Below are positions 10,338 to 19,093 of a stretch of 64,000 nt of DNA, piece after piece. A model generated the notes under the pieces. It was not told the DNA's origin. It did no database searches and was given only the letters and a program-made list of their open reading frames with translations. The DNA is taken from IMG/VR virus record IMGVR_UViG_3300022753_000047; one strand, written 5' to 3'. The position numbers and the translations under genes were made by a program. The stretch's first letter is position 1. Every line of letters begins with the position of its first letter. This stretch comes from a virus. Its lineage: Duplodnaviria > Heunggongvirae > Uroviricota > Caudoviricetes.

Positions 10338-10823
10338 TTATGTAGAGACCTTGTTTGCGTTAAGTTCAACGGCTGCATACCATACACGCAGTAAAGACTC
10401 TATATCGAGGAAAGAAATTGCAGAAGTTGCAAGGAGGTTTGCCTCCGTTACACGCTTCATATCCGCATCGGATAGCTTGGTGATAAATCTGCCGATTCGC
10501 TCTTTTGACATACGCTCCGGGTTTTCGCACAGAACTACGCTGTCCATACGAAGTCCGGTTTCTTCGGCTCGAAGCAGAACATGAGTGGGCTGACCCATTT
10601 TCTTGACAGAGCCGCTGATGGGCAACGCAATGATGTTTGGGCTGTGAGCGTTGCCAACATTATTCTGGAATACAAGCCCCGGTCTTAGTCCGGTCTGTTC
10701 ACTTCCACACCCATCAAATCGCATCAAGTAAATCTCGCCGATCTGGGGAACTCTACTTACATTCTGCTGACTCAAGCGCATCCTCCTCTCAATATAAATA
10801 TGTTGATATTGGGAGTATAACAC
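10338..10823 (-). CDS. MazF/PemK-family mRNA interferase toxin homologue
   Basis: GEIYLMRFDGCGSEQTGLRPGLVFQNN...SPNIIALPISGS...PTHVLL matches the PemK/Kid core (GEIW.V.L.P..G.EQ.G.RP.lV...). Confidence 0.7.
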   Translation of the reverse strand: MLYSQYQHIYIERRMRLSQQNVSRVPQIGEIYLMRFDGCGSEQTGLRPGLVFQNNVGNAHSPNIIALPISGSVKKMGQPTHVLLRAEETGLRMDSVVLCENPERMSKERIGRFITKLSDADMKRVTEANLLATSAISFLDIESLLRVWYAAVELNANKVST

Positions 10824-10858
10824 ACTTAGTTCAGTATGTCAACATAATTAAATAGAGA

Positions 10859-11185
10859 TTATGATGCAATGAGGGTGTAGGTGGAAACGCCGGAGCGGCT
10901 ACCGGGGCGACCGCAAACGATCTTGATTAAAACCCCAATCGGTGTGGGTTTTTCGCTGAACTGGACATACTTAACTCTGTCTATACGCATAGAACTCGCA
11001 CCTCCTGTAAGATAAATAACATTGGGATTCTCGTGAATCAACATATTTGTAAACGATAGTTGCAGTACGCATGGGTCTGCAACATCGAACTCATCCTGGT
11101 TCTCCGAGAGAAACGAGATGGTTTTGGGTTTGCATCTTGCAATAAACTCCTGAAATTCCTTGATCTGACTCATCTTCTGTAGCAA
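10859..11185 (-). CDS. hypothetical protein, first gene of the leftward early operon (Cro position)
   Basis: 108-aa ORF preceded by GGAGG. Transcribed divergently from the repressor gene. No HTH recognised. Confidence 0.45.
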   Translation of the reverse strand: MLQKMSQIKEFQEFIARCKPKTISFLSENQDEFDVADPCVLQLSFTNMLIHENPNVIYLTGGASSMRIDRVKYVQFSEKPTPIGVLIKIVCGRPGSRSGVSTYTLIAS

Positions 11186-11376
11186 ACCTCCATTGCTTTA
11201 CGGGATTTCGTGTGTTATACTACAGGTGCATTGTAGTGGCGAGTATAATGCGCCTGTAATTCTGCGGGCTTATGATGGTATTGTCGCTTTGTGGTGAAGC
11301 GTCCTTTCTGGATATCTGGCCAGTACCGTCGATCGCTGAGCAGTCCAAGTGGTGTTGGACTGCTCTTTTTAATTCC

Positions 11377-11447
11377 TTGACAGAAACCAAAGTTTGTGAT
11401 AACATAATCACACAAAAGAAAGTTTGTATTCGTATGGTAACACAAAC
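11377..11447 (+). promoter_or_regulatory. repressor promoter with two inverted-repeat operators
   Basis: TTGACA at 11377-11382, 17-nt spacer, then TAACAT. Inverted repeats TGTGAT-N6-ATCACA (11395-11412) and GTTTGT-N14-ACAAAC (11422-11447) share the half-site TTTGTG/CACAAA. Confidence 0.45.
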
Positions 11448-11495
11448 CACGGGCTGTGTCAATAATCAGCTCGCATAGAATTTGGAGGAGACGCC

Positions 11496-12296
11496 ATGGA
11501 GTTTGGCAAGCGATTAAAGTCATATCGGCTGAATAAGGGATATACGCAAAAAGAACTCAGCGCTATCATTGGCGTTTCTGAGGTTACGATAGGCAACTGG
11601 GAAAGGGAGGTAAAAGCCCCTAACCTTGGTGCGCTCTTTTCGCTTGCATCAGCTTTGCAGGTTTCACTGGATACACTTACCGGGTTTCCAATGCCAGAAA
11701 CTTCAAAACAGTTTACACTTGAAAATACTGAGCGTTCTTTGATCGAGAGATACCGTGAGCTTGATCGATACGGCAAGCAAGCCGTAGAAACGATTTGTAG
11801 TATCGAGTTTTCCAGAGTGTCTGCGAAAACCGACAGGAACCTTGTGTCTGGTAATGTGATTGCATTCCCTTCGCCAAAAGAGCGCGAGCGATACATTCCT
11901 GCTTACACAAGTCCATCTGCCGCTGGCTTTGCCGTACCACTGGAAGGCGATGAGTTTGAAATGCTCCTGGCAGACGACTCTGTGCCAGCAGATGCAGATT
12001 TTGCAGTTCGTATTCAAGGCGACAGTATGGCTCCATATATCGAAGATGGTTCTATGGTGTTTGTCAACAAGGATGCGGAAATCTCTAACGGAGATGTCGG
12101 TATTTTCTGTGTTGATGGCGCCATGTACTGTAAACAGTTCTTCAAAGACAACGAAGGGAATGTGCATCTCTTGTCTGCAAACCCGGACAGGGTCAACGCC
12201 AATGTTTACCTGAGTGCAGATTGCGGCTCAGAACTGCGGGCAAGTGGCAAGGTAATCATCGAAAGCATTCCGCTACCGGATTATTTTGACATTTGA
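11496..12296 (+). CDS. CI/LexA-like repressor (XRE-family HTH plus S24 peptidase domain)
   Basis: N-terminal HTH YTQKELSAIIGVSEVTIGNWE. C-terminal S24 motifs GDSMAP (Ser nucleophile) and a downstream Lys. The only plus-strand gene in the window. Confidence 0.8.
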   Translation: MEFGKRLKSYRLNKGYTQKELSAIIGVSEVTIGNWEREVKAPNLGALFSLASALQVSLDTLTGFPMPETSKQFTLENTERSLIERYRELDRYGKQAVETICSIEFSRVSAKTDRNLVSGNVIAFPSPKERERYIPAYTSPSAAGFAVPLEGDEFEMLLADDSVPADADFAVRIQGDSMAPYIEDGSMVFVNKDAEISNGDVGIFCVDGAMYCKQFFKDNEGNVHLLSANPDRVNANVYLSADCGSELRASGKVIIESIPLPDYFDI

Positions 12297-12297
12297 A

Positions 12298-12324
12298 AAC
12301 GACGGGGTTTAGCACCCCGTCGTT
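12298..12324. terminator. bidirectional intrinsic terminator hairpin
   Basis: AACGACGGGG-tttagca-CCCCGTCGTT is a perfect 10-bp stem. T/A-rich flanks lie on both sides, between convergent genes. Confidence 0.6.
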
Positions 12325-12325
12325 C

Positions 12326-13384
12326 TTACTTTATCGCATGGATAATACTGATGATTGCAATGATTGTAAGCAGAAACATCAGAAGTCCAGAAAACGAACC
12401 GTCAAAATAAGTTCCAACCGCTAACTCTTTCGCCTGCTTGGCACTATCTTTTAGTGTTGGGTTTGGAGACTTAATGACTGCATCTGCCCAAAGAATGTCA
12501 TTCATTACTTTGGCTAAGTCCCCTCCACTTGGAATATAGATGGTATTAAACGGAGGTGCTTTGCTTTTGGCCTCAATCTCTCGTTGCTCTCTGTCGTAAA
12601 TGCTTCCCGCTATATACTCGTTGCTTTCGCCGCCTGCTGCAAGATAAGCAGCATACTGCTCGCTTGAAGTAAACCGAAATACTCCGTTTGGAATCACATC
12701 ACCGATTGTTACTGCAAGATTCAACATCTTTTTGAGACAATCAGTAATATACAACACCGCCTCTTCCTTCGATGGATCAAACTCCATACCCACCATGTAA
12801 ACAATCGCATCGTGCTGCTCTCCAGATGCCTCTCTGACAAGCTGTGGCAACTTATCAATGTTTTGAACTCTCAAAGAAGCAAAGGTCTCCTTCAAAGACC
12901 GTACCTTGGACACAGATTGACTCCACACCGGGTAGATTTCATCATTCGGAAGTGCAGACCAACAAAGATAGAAACTGTTATGCATGGAAACTTCTCCTGC
13001 TTGAATGGAACTCAGTTTTCCATGCGTCCGACACAAAAGAGAAACGACCTTACTGCGATTATCAGCAATGATGTTATCCATTTTCATGGTTTTTCTGCCG
13101 GTGTTTTCGATAATCAATCGATTGTTACCAACAAAATCCCAGTTACTTCTCCCAACGCATAGGTGCGGATTATCTCGTTTGAAAGTTTCGATTCTTTCCC
13201 ACACCAATTCATGCTTGGATGGATCGCACACAAGATTCCACATCTCTCGTTCAAACGCATCATCGCAACGGAGCACTCTCGCAATTCCAGAACGAGTGTT
13301 ATTCAACTGTTTGACATGATTATCTTGGCTGTGTCGACCCATTTCACTAATTAAGCCAATTCCGCCAAATATCATCCAGTCCAT
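12326..13384 (-). CDS. hypothetical protein with C-terminal transmembrane helix
   Basis: 352 aa. C-terminal LLMFLLTIIAIISIIHAIK. Convergent with the repressor gene. Confidence 0.5.
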   Translation of the reverse strand: MDWMIFGGIGLISEMGRHSQDNHVKQLNNTRSGIARVLRCDDAFEREMWNLVCDPSKHELVWERIETFKRDNPHLCVGRSNWDFVGNNRLIIENTGRKTMKMDNIIADNRSKVVSLLCRTHGKLSSIQAGEVSMHNSFYLCWSALPNDEIYPVWSQSVSKVRSLKETFASLRVQNIDKLPQLVREASGEQHDAIVYMVGMEFDPSKEEAVLYITDCLKKMLNLAVTIGDVIPNGVFRFTSSEQYAAYLAAGGESNEYIAGSIYDREQREIEAKSKAPPFNTIYIPSGGDLAKVMNDILWADAVIKSPNPTLKDSAKQAKELAVGTYFDGSFSGLLMFLLTIIAIISIIHAIK

Positions 13385-13399
13385 AAACGCATCTTCCTT

Positions 13400-13642
13400 T
13401 TATCGTATTGCAGCTTCGATGTTGCTCTTTGCGTCTTCCAGCTTTTCTACCGCATCGTTCAAGTTTTCGACTGCATTTTCCATTGCCTCGAAGCGATCTG
13501 TGCCTTGCAGGTTTTCTGGGCAGTTGTCCATTGCATCCTGTTCTTTATCACAGACATTCTCGGTAATAATAATGGCTCTGCTGATTAAACTAAGCGCCTC
13601 TCGTAATGACCTTCTCTTGGTTTCATTCACGCTCTCACCCAC
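13400..13642 (-). CDS. hypothetical acidic coiled-coil protein
   Basis: 80-aa ORF. Confidence 0.35.
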   Translation of the reverse strand: MGESVNETKRRSLREALSLISRAIIITENVCDKEQDAMDNCPENLQGTDRFEAMENAVENLNDAVEKLEDAKSNIEAAIR

Positions 13643-14049
13643 AAATCCTTTACGCCGAAAGAAAATCTGAGCATACCGGATTTTGTTTTTGAGAAACTTA
13701 AGAAGTCCGCAGACTTCACATACTCAAAAAACTTATGAGAACGACCATGTTCAAACAAAACCTCGTCAGTATCAACACAAATCACGCCATGTTTCCCGTT
13801 GGGCTCGGCATTGATTTGAATCCCGTCTGCACAGAACTCTTCGTCCAAGATGTCGGCAAGCTCACAGAGAGTCATAAATCTCTTTTGGGCATCGGCATCA
13901 ACCTTATAGCCAGAGCTTGCCTTCGTGAACTTGTCAAGTATACGCTTTGCTTCGACTTGTGTGTTCGTTGTTGGCATAACATCACTCCAATCACACTTAT
14001 ATTTTACCACAAATCTGCTTTCTTTCAAGTCAGCATTTACAGGGTGCAA
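13627..14049 (-). CDS. hypothetical protein
   Basis: 140-aa ORF. Confidence 0.4.
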   Translation of the reverse strand: MHPVNADLKESRFVVKYKCDWSDVMPTTNTQVEAKRILDKFTKASSGYKVDADAQKRFMTLCELADILDEEFCADGIQINAEPNGKHGVICVDTDEVLFEHGRSHKFFEYVKSADFLSFSKTKSGMLRFSFGVKDLWVRA

Positions 14050-14687
14050 ACGATCTCCACCTTACCAGTAGCGCCCTGTCCGATAATGCTGAGGATAGAG
14101 TTTGCGATCATGCCGACATCGATCTGCCCCTGGAAGGTCAGAGAAAACTGCTTCATGTCCATGCCCTTCATGCTGTTGATGAGCTGAGGCTGTACAGGAA
14201 CGGTTGCTTCTTTGATGGAGCCAGGAACTTCCTCCACCTTTGCAGACGCCTCGTCAGAGCGCTCGGCAGTCTCGTTTGGAATCTGCGCTTCGCTGAGAAA
14301 CTCCTGCCATTTTGCCTTCTGATCGGCATTCATACTGTTGCCAACCTTAAAGGTAAGGCCGAGCTGATTGGTTTCGATATGACGGCGTACCGTCAGAGGA
14401 CGAACACCAAACATCATTGCCAAACTGGTAGCGTTGGCATTGTAGTTCTGAACGAGATGCGTCAGATACTCCTTTTGGATGTTCGTAGGCAGTTCTTTGA
14501 ACTGCTCCCAGGACTTGGGTTCATTCATTGTATAAGTGTACACTTCTCCACACCTTTCTTCCCACTGCTTCCGTGTCATATAGTCGGTTGACATCGGACA
14601 CTTCTTGCTTTTGCTTCCACCTTTACGGTACTTTGCCATTCTGGCAAGACGCTTTTTCTGCATCACATCGTAGTCGAAATCGTTCAT
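14037..14687 (-). CDS. hypothetical protein with possible HTH
   Basis: 216 aa. ATSLAMMFGVRPLTVRRHIE is HTH-like. Confidence 0.45.
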   Translation of the reverse strand: MNDFDYDVMQKKRLARMAKYRKGGSKSKKCPMSTDYMTRKQWEERCGEVYTYTMNEPKSWEQFKELPTNIQKEYLTHLVQNYNANATSLAMMFGVRPLTVRRHIETNQLGLTFKVGNSMNADQKAKWQEFLSEAQIPNETAERSDEASAKVEEVPGSIKEATVPVQPQLINSMKGMDMKQFSLTFQGQIDVGMIANSILSIIGQGATGKVEIVCTL

Positions 14688-14908
14688 TCGGAACCCTCCG
14701 ACAACTTTGCTGAAACCTCGAACTTATCTTCCAGTTCTTTCGGAGAACGAGCCTTCCCGAGCTTCTTAAACTCTCCATTCACAAGTTCATAGAGGAAATA
14801 GAAATCCCGGTTATTCTCCTTGCTGGTCATGATAAAGCGCAGGTTCTTTTGGGTATCATAATATCCAACCCAGACCTTTTCTCCTTTTGGATACTTAATC
14901 TGTTCCAT
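14684..14908 (-). CDS. hypothetical small protein
   Basis: Track ORF 14684-15019 trimmed to the internal Met (MEQIKYPK...) to avoid a 125-nt overlap with the desulfurase gene. Confidence 0.35.
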   Translation of the reverse strand: MEQIKYPKGEKVWVGYYDTQKNLRFIMTSKENNRDFYFLYELVNGEFKKLGKARSPKELEDKFEVSAKLSEGSE

Positions 14909-16091
14909 CTTGCGATACCTCCTGTTGAGAACGAAGTGCTTCAATACAGTTTGCCATGACAGCAGCCGCCTGTGCCACTTCGTCTGCGGTATTGTACTTT
15001 GAGAACGAGATACGAACACTGTTTCTCGCTTCTGTAGCGGTTAAACCATGTGCAATCAGGACATGACTTGGTGCCGCTTCGTGTGATCTGCAGGCAGAGC
15101 CAGCAGAAATGCAGACGCCAAAAGCGTCCATCATCAGCACAAGCGTTTCGCCAAAAACTCCATCAATGCGCAGGTTCAATACCTTGCCTGGATCGAGATA
15201 TGTATATCCGTTTGAGCAGATGCCAGCCTCTTTCAAGCTCTGATAGGGCAAATTCTTGGTAAGCTCCATGACAAACATCTGCTTCAAAGTGGATGTGGCA
15301 ATCGCTGCATCAGACAGCGACTTGGTTGCTGCCACACAGGCAGCGCCAAGGCCAACAATACCGGCTACATTCTCAGTGCCGCCACGGAATCCAAACTCCT
15401 GCTCGGCACCGCCGTGAATCAGCGGAGACAAACTCATGTCTCGAATATAGACCGCACCAACCCCTTTTGGGCCGTGAATTTTGTGAGCTGAAATTGTTGC
15501 AAAGTCGAGGTTGTTCTTGTCCATGTCAAGCACGAACTGACCTGCAGACTGAACACAGTCTGAGTGAAACAGAATTGCATGGCGCTTGCACACTTCTCCA
15601 ATTCCTTCGATATCGTTGACTGCTCCGGTCTCGTTGTTTGCCATCATGATGGATACGAGGCCGGTGTCATTTTGAATTGCCGCAGACACTTCATTTGCCG
15701 TAATGCGGCCACTGGGGTCGGGCTTCACATAAGTAATATAAAACCCGTCTTTGGTAAGCGATTCCGCAGCCTTAATCATGGAGTCATGCTCGGTTGCGGA
15801 CAAAACCAGATGTGTTTTCCCGCTTTGCAGGAGCTTGTGGCGAAGACCCTTGACGATCATGTTGTTGCCCTCACTGCCGCCGGAAGTGAACACAATGTGT
15901 TCCGGCGTACACCCAAACAGCATAGCGGTCTGTGCTCTTGCTGTTTGAATGGCTTCGGCAGCCTGCCTGCCAAAACTGTAGAGCGTTCCGGCATTACCAT
16001 ATTGCTCCTGTAAGTACGGCATCATTGCGTCCAGAACTTCCGGCGCAATCTTTGTGGTTGCCGCATTGTCCAGATAAATCATTGGAACCAC
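14895..16091 (-). CDS. cysteine desulfurase (NifS/IscS-like, class V aminotransferase)
   Basis: PLP-lysine motif SAHKIHGPKGVGAVYI. Active-site GSACRS. 398 aa. Confidence 0.8.
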   Translation of the reverse strand: MVPMIYLDNAATTKIAPEVLDAMMPYLQEQYGNAGTLYSFGRQAAEAIQTARAQTAMLFGCTPEHIVFTSGGSEGNNMIVKGLRHKLLQSGKTHLVLSATEHDSMIKAAESLTKDGFYITYVKPDPSGRITANEVSAAIQNDTGLVSIMMANNETGAVNDIEGIGEVCKRHAILFHSDCVQSAGQFVLDMDKNNLDFATISAHKIHGPKGVGAVYIRDMSLSPLIHGGAEQEFGFRGGTENVAGIVGLGAACVAATKSLSDAAIATSTLKQMFVMELTKNLPYQSLKEAGICSNGYTYLDPGKVLNLRIDGVFGETLVLMMDAFGVCISAGSACRSHEAAPSHVLIAHGLTATEARNSVRISFSKYNTADEVAQAAAVMANCIEALRSQQEVSQDGTD

Positions 16092-16100
16092 TCCTTGTAT

Positions 16101-16460
16101 TTAGTTTGTTTCTTCGAGTCGCTCAAGGCGGTAGGTCGTGTAGAGAGTTTCGATCTCGACCCAAGACTCGTCCTCTGCTTTGGTGCATTTCAAAACTGCA
16201 GAGGTATGAAGACGATGGAAGCTACCGGGATCGTAGGGTGGCTCAAACTTGATCCAACCACGCTGACCGATTTCAAGGCTCATGATGAAGCACTTTCGAC
16301 CAATCACTTCCTTGTGGATTTCCCGCAGCTCACCATCTTTAGGGGTGACACTTTTGATGATGTAAAATGGCATACAGAAACCCTCCTTACCAGCACTCAT
16401 AGTCGGTGACATCTTCCTCAACGCCGCACTTAGGACATTTGATTTTGATGGCCGTACCAA
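16101..16460 (-). CDS. hypothetical protein
   Basis: 119-aa ORF. Confidence 0.4.
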   Translation of the reverse strand: MVRPSKSNVLSAALRKMSPTMSAGKEGFCMPFYIIKSVTPKDGELREIHKEVIGRKCFIMSLEIGQRGWIKFEPPYDPGSFHRLHTSAVLKCTKAEDESWVEIETLYTTYRLERLEETN

Positions 16461-16767
16461 TGCCGGTTCCTGTCAGCTCATACTGATAACAACCGCCATT
16501 CTTACAGGATTGGTAGTGCCGACTGCGGAACTCAGCCATTCGCTCGATTTCCTTTTCGGAACACTGGCAAAGACTCAGTCTTCGATACTCCTCGGCCTGC
16601 TTGCGAGCAGCTTGGATTTCATCGTCCTTATTCCAAGTGCGAAGCTGCTCCCGAAAACTGTCTCTGGAATCGCAGACGGACTTATATTCTTTCTTGATGG
16701 TCTCAAGGCACTCGTCAAATGCCTTGCTTCCAAGCAGGTTAAAGATACCTGCATCGTTAGTGCTCAT
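16387..16767 (-). CDS. hypothetical protein with C-terminal zinc ribbon
   Basis: KCPKCGVEE...YECW. Confidence 0.4.
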   Translation of the reverse strand: MSTNDAGIFNLLGSKAFDECLETIKKEYKSVCDSRDSFREQLRTWNKDDEIQAARKQAEEYRRLSLCQCSEKEIERMAEFRSRHYQSCKNGGCYQYELTGTGIGTAIKIKCPKCGVEEDVTDYECW

Positions 16768-17359
16768 TGAAAATCACCTGCTCTCCGTTTTTCAAAATCC
16801 AGCAACCCTCACCAGTCAGAGCGCATTCTGCGCAGTTTCCACCGCACTCCACTGCATCATCTCTTGCGGTCGTGGTATTGTCACGATAGCGCACATGAGC
16901 TTCGGGTAAAGAAAAAGGGTTGACCATATCCAGGCCAACCCATGCACTGAAAATGATATGTAAGTTCTGAGGCAATTTAATGCCAGCAGAAAGCACATCA
17001 TTAACCAAGTCGTATTTCTTTGTGAAGCACAGGATTTGGCAGTGCGGTTGTCTTGCTGCAATCAGCAGCATTTGGCCGAAGTAATCTGCGTTGGGAATGT
17101 CGCCGGAAACATGAAAGCGGAAGAACCGAGACATCATGATAGATGCCTCGACCTCCCGCCAATAAGTTTCTGGATCAGATTGTAAAACCTCAAGGTTACG
17201 CTGGTATGCCTTTGCCACAGAGGGACGCAGACGCTCCAGCTTTCTTGCGTAGCATTTCTTCTGGCAGTCGCAGGATCGGCAGGTCACAACAGAGGGAAGA
17301 GAAATGCTTTGAATGCTGCCCATCTTGGAGTTGCCCTTACTGATACTCAGCACACTCAT
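16757..17359 (-). CDS. hypothetical Cys-motif protein (possibly DUF5131/Gp37Gp68-like)
   Basis: N-terminal CRSCDCQKKCYA resembles the C..C...CYA start of the phage Gp37/Gp68 family. Weak call. Confidence 0.35.
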   Translation of the reverse strand: MSVLSISKGNSKMGSIQSISLPSVVTCRSCDCQKKCYARKLERLRPSVAKAYQRNLEVLQSDPETYWREVEASIMMSRFFRFHVSGDIPNADYFGQMLLIAARQPHCQILCFTKKYDLVNDVLSAGIKLPQNLHIIFSAWVGLDMVNPFSLPEAHVRYRDNTTTARDDAVECGGNCAECALTGEGCWILKNGEQVIFNEH

Positions 17360-18231
17360 ACGCCGCCCATCCTTTCATAAAACTCGACTGTGTTTTCCAT
17401 CAGCATAGCCACAGTCATTGGCCCGATGCCACCGGGAACAGGGGTGTAGGCATTACAGTATTCGTAAATCAGCGGATCAATATCGCCACAGAGTTTCCCG
17501 TTCTCGTCACGATTCATACCCACATCCACAAAAACTTGTCTACCCAAATGAGCAAACTCACCGTAGTGTTCCATGGCATTAAAGGTCAATGTGTCTCTGC
17601 AACCAGTTGCAGAAACGATAATATCGGAGGAGCCGACATATCTGTACAACTCATGCTGAGGAGTTTTGCTGTGGCACAGGGTCACGGTGGCACCAGCCTG
17701 TTCCATCATTCTGGCAATCGGTCTGCCTACGATGTTGCTTCTGCCAATGATACAAACAGCCTTACCAAGCAGAGTGACGCCATTTGCTTCGAGCAAGCGG
17801 ATAATTCCCTTTGGCGTACACGGGTAGTGATACGGCGTTTCGCCGTTAGCCAAAGCAGCAACATTGACCTTGGATGCAAAACCATCCACATCACACATAG
17901 GGTCGATGTATCGGGTGAGATCACGCAGTTCTACCTCACCGTTCATCGGCATCTGGAAGATGATTGGTTTGTTTTCTGCGCAATTCTCAGCCACATCCTG
18001 GTCTGTGAGTTCATGCAGATGCTTCACGATTGGGCAAATACCAATCTCTTTGCATCGCTTGATTTTGTTTCTCACATAAACCAAACCGGCATCGTTATCG
18101 CCGCTCGTGATAATCATTAACTCTGGCTGAACGCCGGACTCCTTGAGCTTATCCACTCGCAGCTTGAGGTTGCTACAAATGCTGTCAGCTAACAGCTTTC
18201 CGTTCAGGATTGTCATTGCCTGCACCTCCAA
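17356..18231 (-). CDS. folD: bifunctional methylenetetrahydrofolate dehydrogenase/cyclohydrolase FolD
   Basis: GKAVCIIGRSNIVGRPIA (NADP-binding) plus YVRNKIK and VDVG motifs. Length 291 aa. Confidence 0.8.
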   Translation of the reverse strand: MEVQAMTILNGKLLADSICSNLKLRVDKLKESGVQPELMIITSGDNDAGLVYVRNKIKRCKEIGICPIVKHLHELTDQDVAENCAENKPIIFQMPMNGEVELRDLTRYIDPMCDVDGFASKVNVAALANGETPYHYPCTPKGIIRLLEANGVTLLGKAVCIIGRSNIVGRPIARMMEQAGATVTLCHSKTPQHELYRYVGSSDIIVSATGCRDTLTFNAMEHYGEFAHLGRQVFVDVGMNRDENGKLCGDIDPLIYEYCNAYTPVPGGIGPMTVAMLMENTVEFYERMGGV

Positions 18232-18769
18232 TAATCTGATCGAGTGTCCTTGGTGTGTAGTCCATCCAAGGCATCATGGCGCCAACATTGAACATCAGAC
18301 ACTTATGCCCGTACAACTCCTGCATGAGGTACTTGGTATGCTCCATCATGTTGGCTTCAAAAGAATTATGTACATGACCATACAGGTGATACCACCCGTA
18401 GAAATGGTTCTTGAAGCAGGGAATTGGATAGTGGCACAGGACAACTTTGCGTCCGTTGTCCTCGACCTCAAGATACTCGGTAACCTTGACAAACTGCTTC
18501 GTAAATCTTCCGTCATTGCAGCGGTCGTGGTTTCCTTTAATCAGGAACTTCTGACCATTCAGCTTCTGCAAAATCGGAATTGCAAGATTTGAATTACACC
18601 AGAACATATCTCCAAGAACATAGACAATGTCTCCTGGCTCCACGACGCTGTTCCAACGCTTAACAAGCGTCTCATTCATCTGCTCAACAGACCGGAAAGG
18701 GCGGTTGTCAAAGGCAATGATGTTGCCATGCCCATAGTGCCAGTCTGAAATATAAAATTTCCTTGACAC
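18185..18769 (-). CDS. metallophosphoesterase (calcineurin-like)
   Basis: DWHYGH...GDMFW...GNHD motif series. Confidence 0.65.
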   Translation of the reverse strand: MSRKFYISDWHYGHGNIIAFDNRPFRSVEQMNETLVKRWNSVVEPGDIVYVLGDMFWCNSNLAIPILQKLNGQKFLIKGNHDRCNDGRFTKQFVKVTEYLEVEDNGRKVVLCHYPIPCFKNHFYGWYHLYGHVHNSFEANMMEHTKYLMQELYGHKCLMFNVGAMMPWMDYTPRTLDQIIGGAGNDNPERKAVS

Positions 18770-18781
18770 GAAACCCCCTCC

Positions 18782-19093
18782 TTATCCGAACAGCAGCGTC
18801 TGCAAATCTTTGTAAAACTCTTCATCGCTGACGGGGTCTTGAACCGTATCGAAGTAATCACGGAAGCGACGAGCAATCTCCTCCAGAAGGTCTCTGGTGA
18901 TCTGCTCTCGCAGTGTGTTGATTTGCAATTCACAGGCGTTCAGGCGGTCTGTAATTGTATCAACATGGCATTGCACATCATCCGTTGACGCAACTCTTCC
19001 AACCCTTTCATAGAGGTCATAGACAGAACCTTGCAAGGTATACACATCTGACCGAACACCGGCAATATCTGCAATTACTGCGTCATAGCCCAC
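18782..19093 (-). CDS. hypothetical protein
   Basis: 103-aa ORF. Confidence 0.4.
   Translation of the reverse strand: MGYDAVIADIAGVRSDVYTLQGSVYDLYERVGRVASTDDVQCHVDTITDRLNACELQINTLREQITRDLLEEIARRFRDYFDTVQDPVSDEEFYKDLQTLLFG

Noticed and set aside
12298-12324. Hairpin as an attachment site or operator
   Set aside because: Perfect GC-rich 10-bp stem with T/A-rich flanks exactly between convergent stop codons. The simplest reading is a bidirectional intrinsic terminator.
14684-15019. Full-length track ORFs overlapping neighbours by more than 80 nt (14684-15019, 20189-20584, 20821-21321, 24563-25012, 34056-35060, 36202-36552, 48781-49857, 59994-60308)
   Set aside because: Each has an internal Met that gives a short or no overlap with the upstream gene. 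Starts were trimmed accordingly. The 59994-60308 extension is antisense to a tRNA gene.
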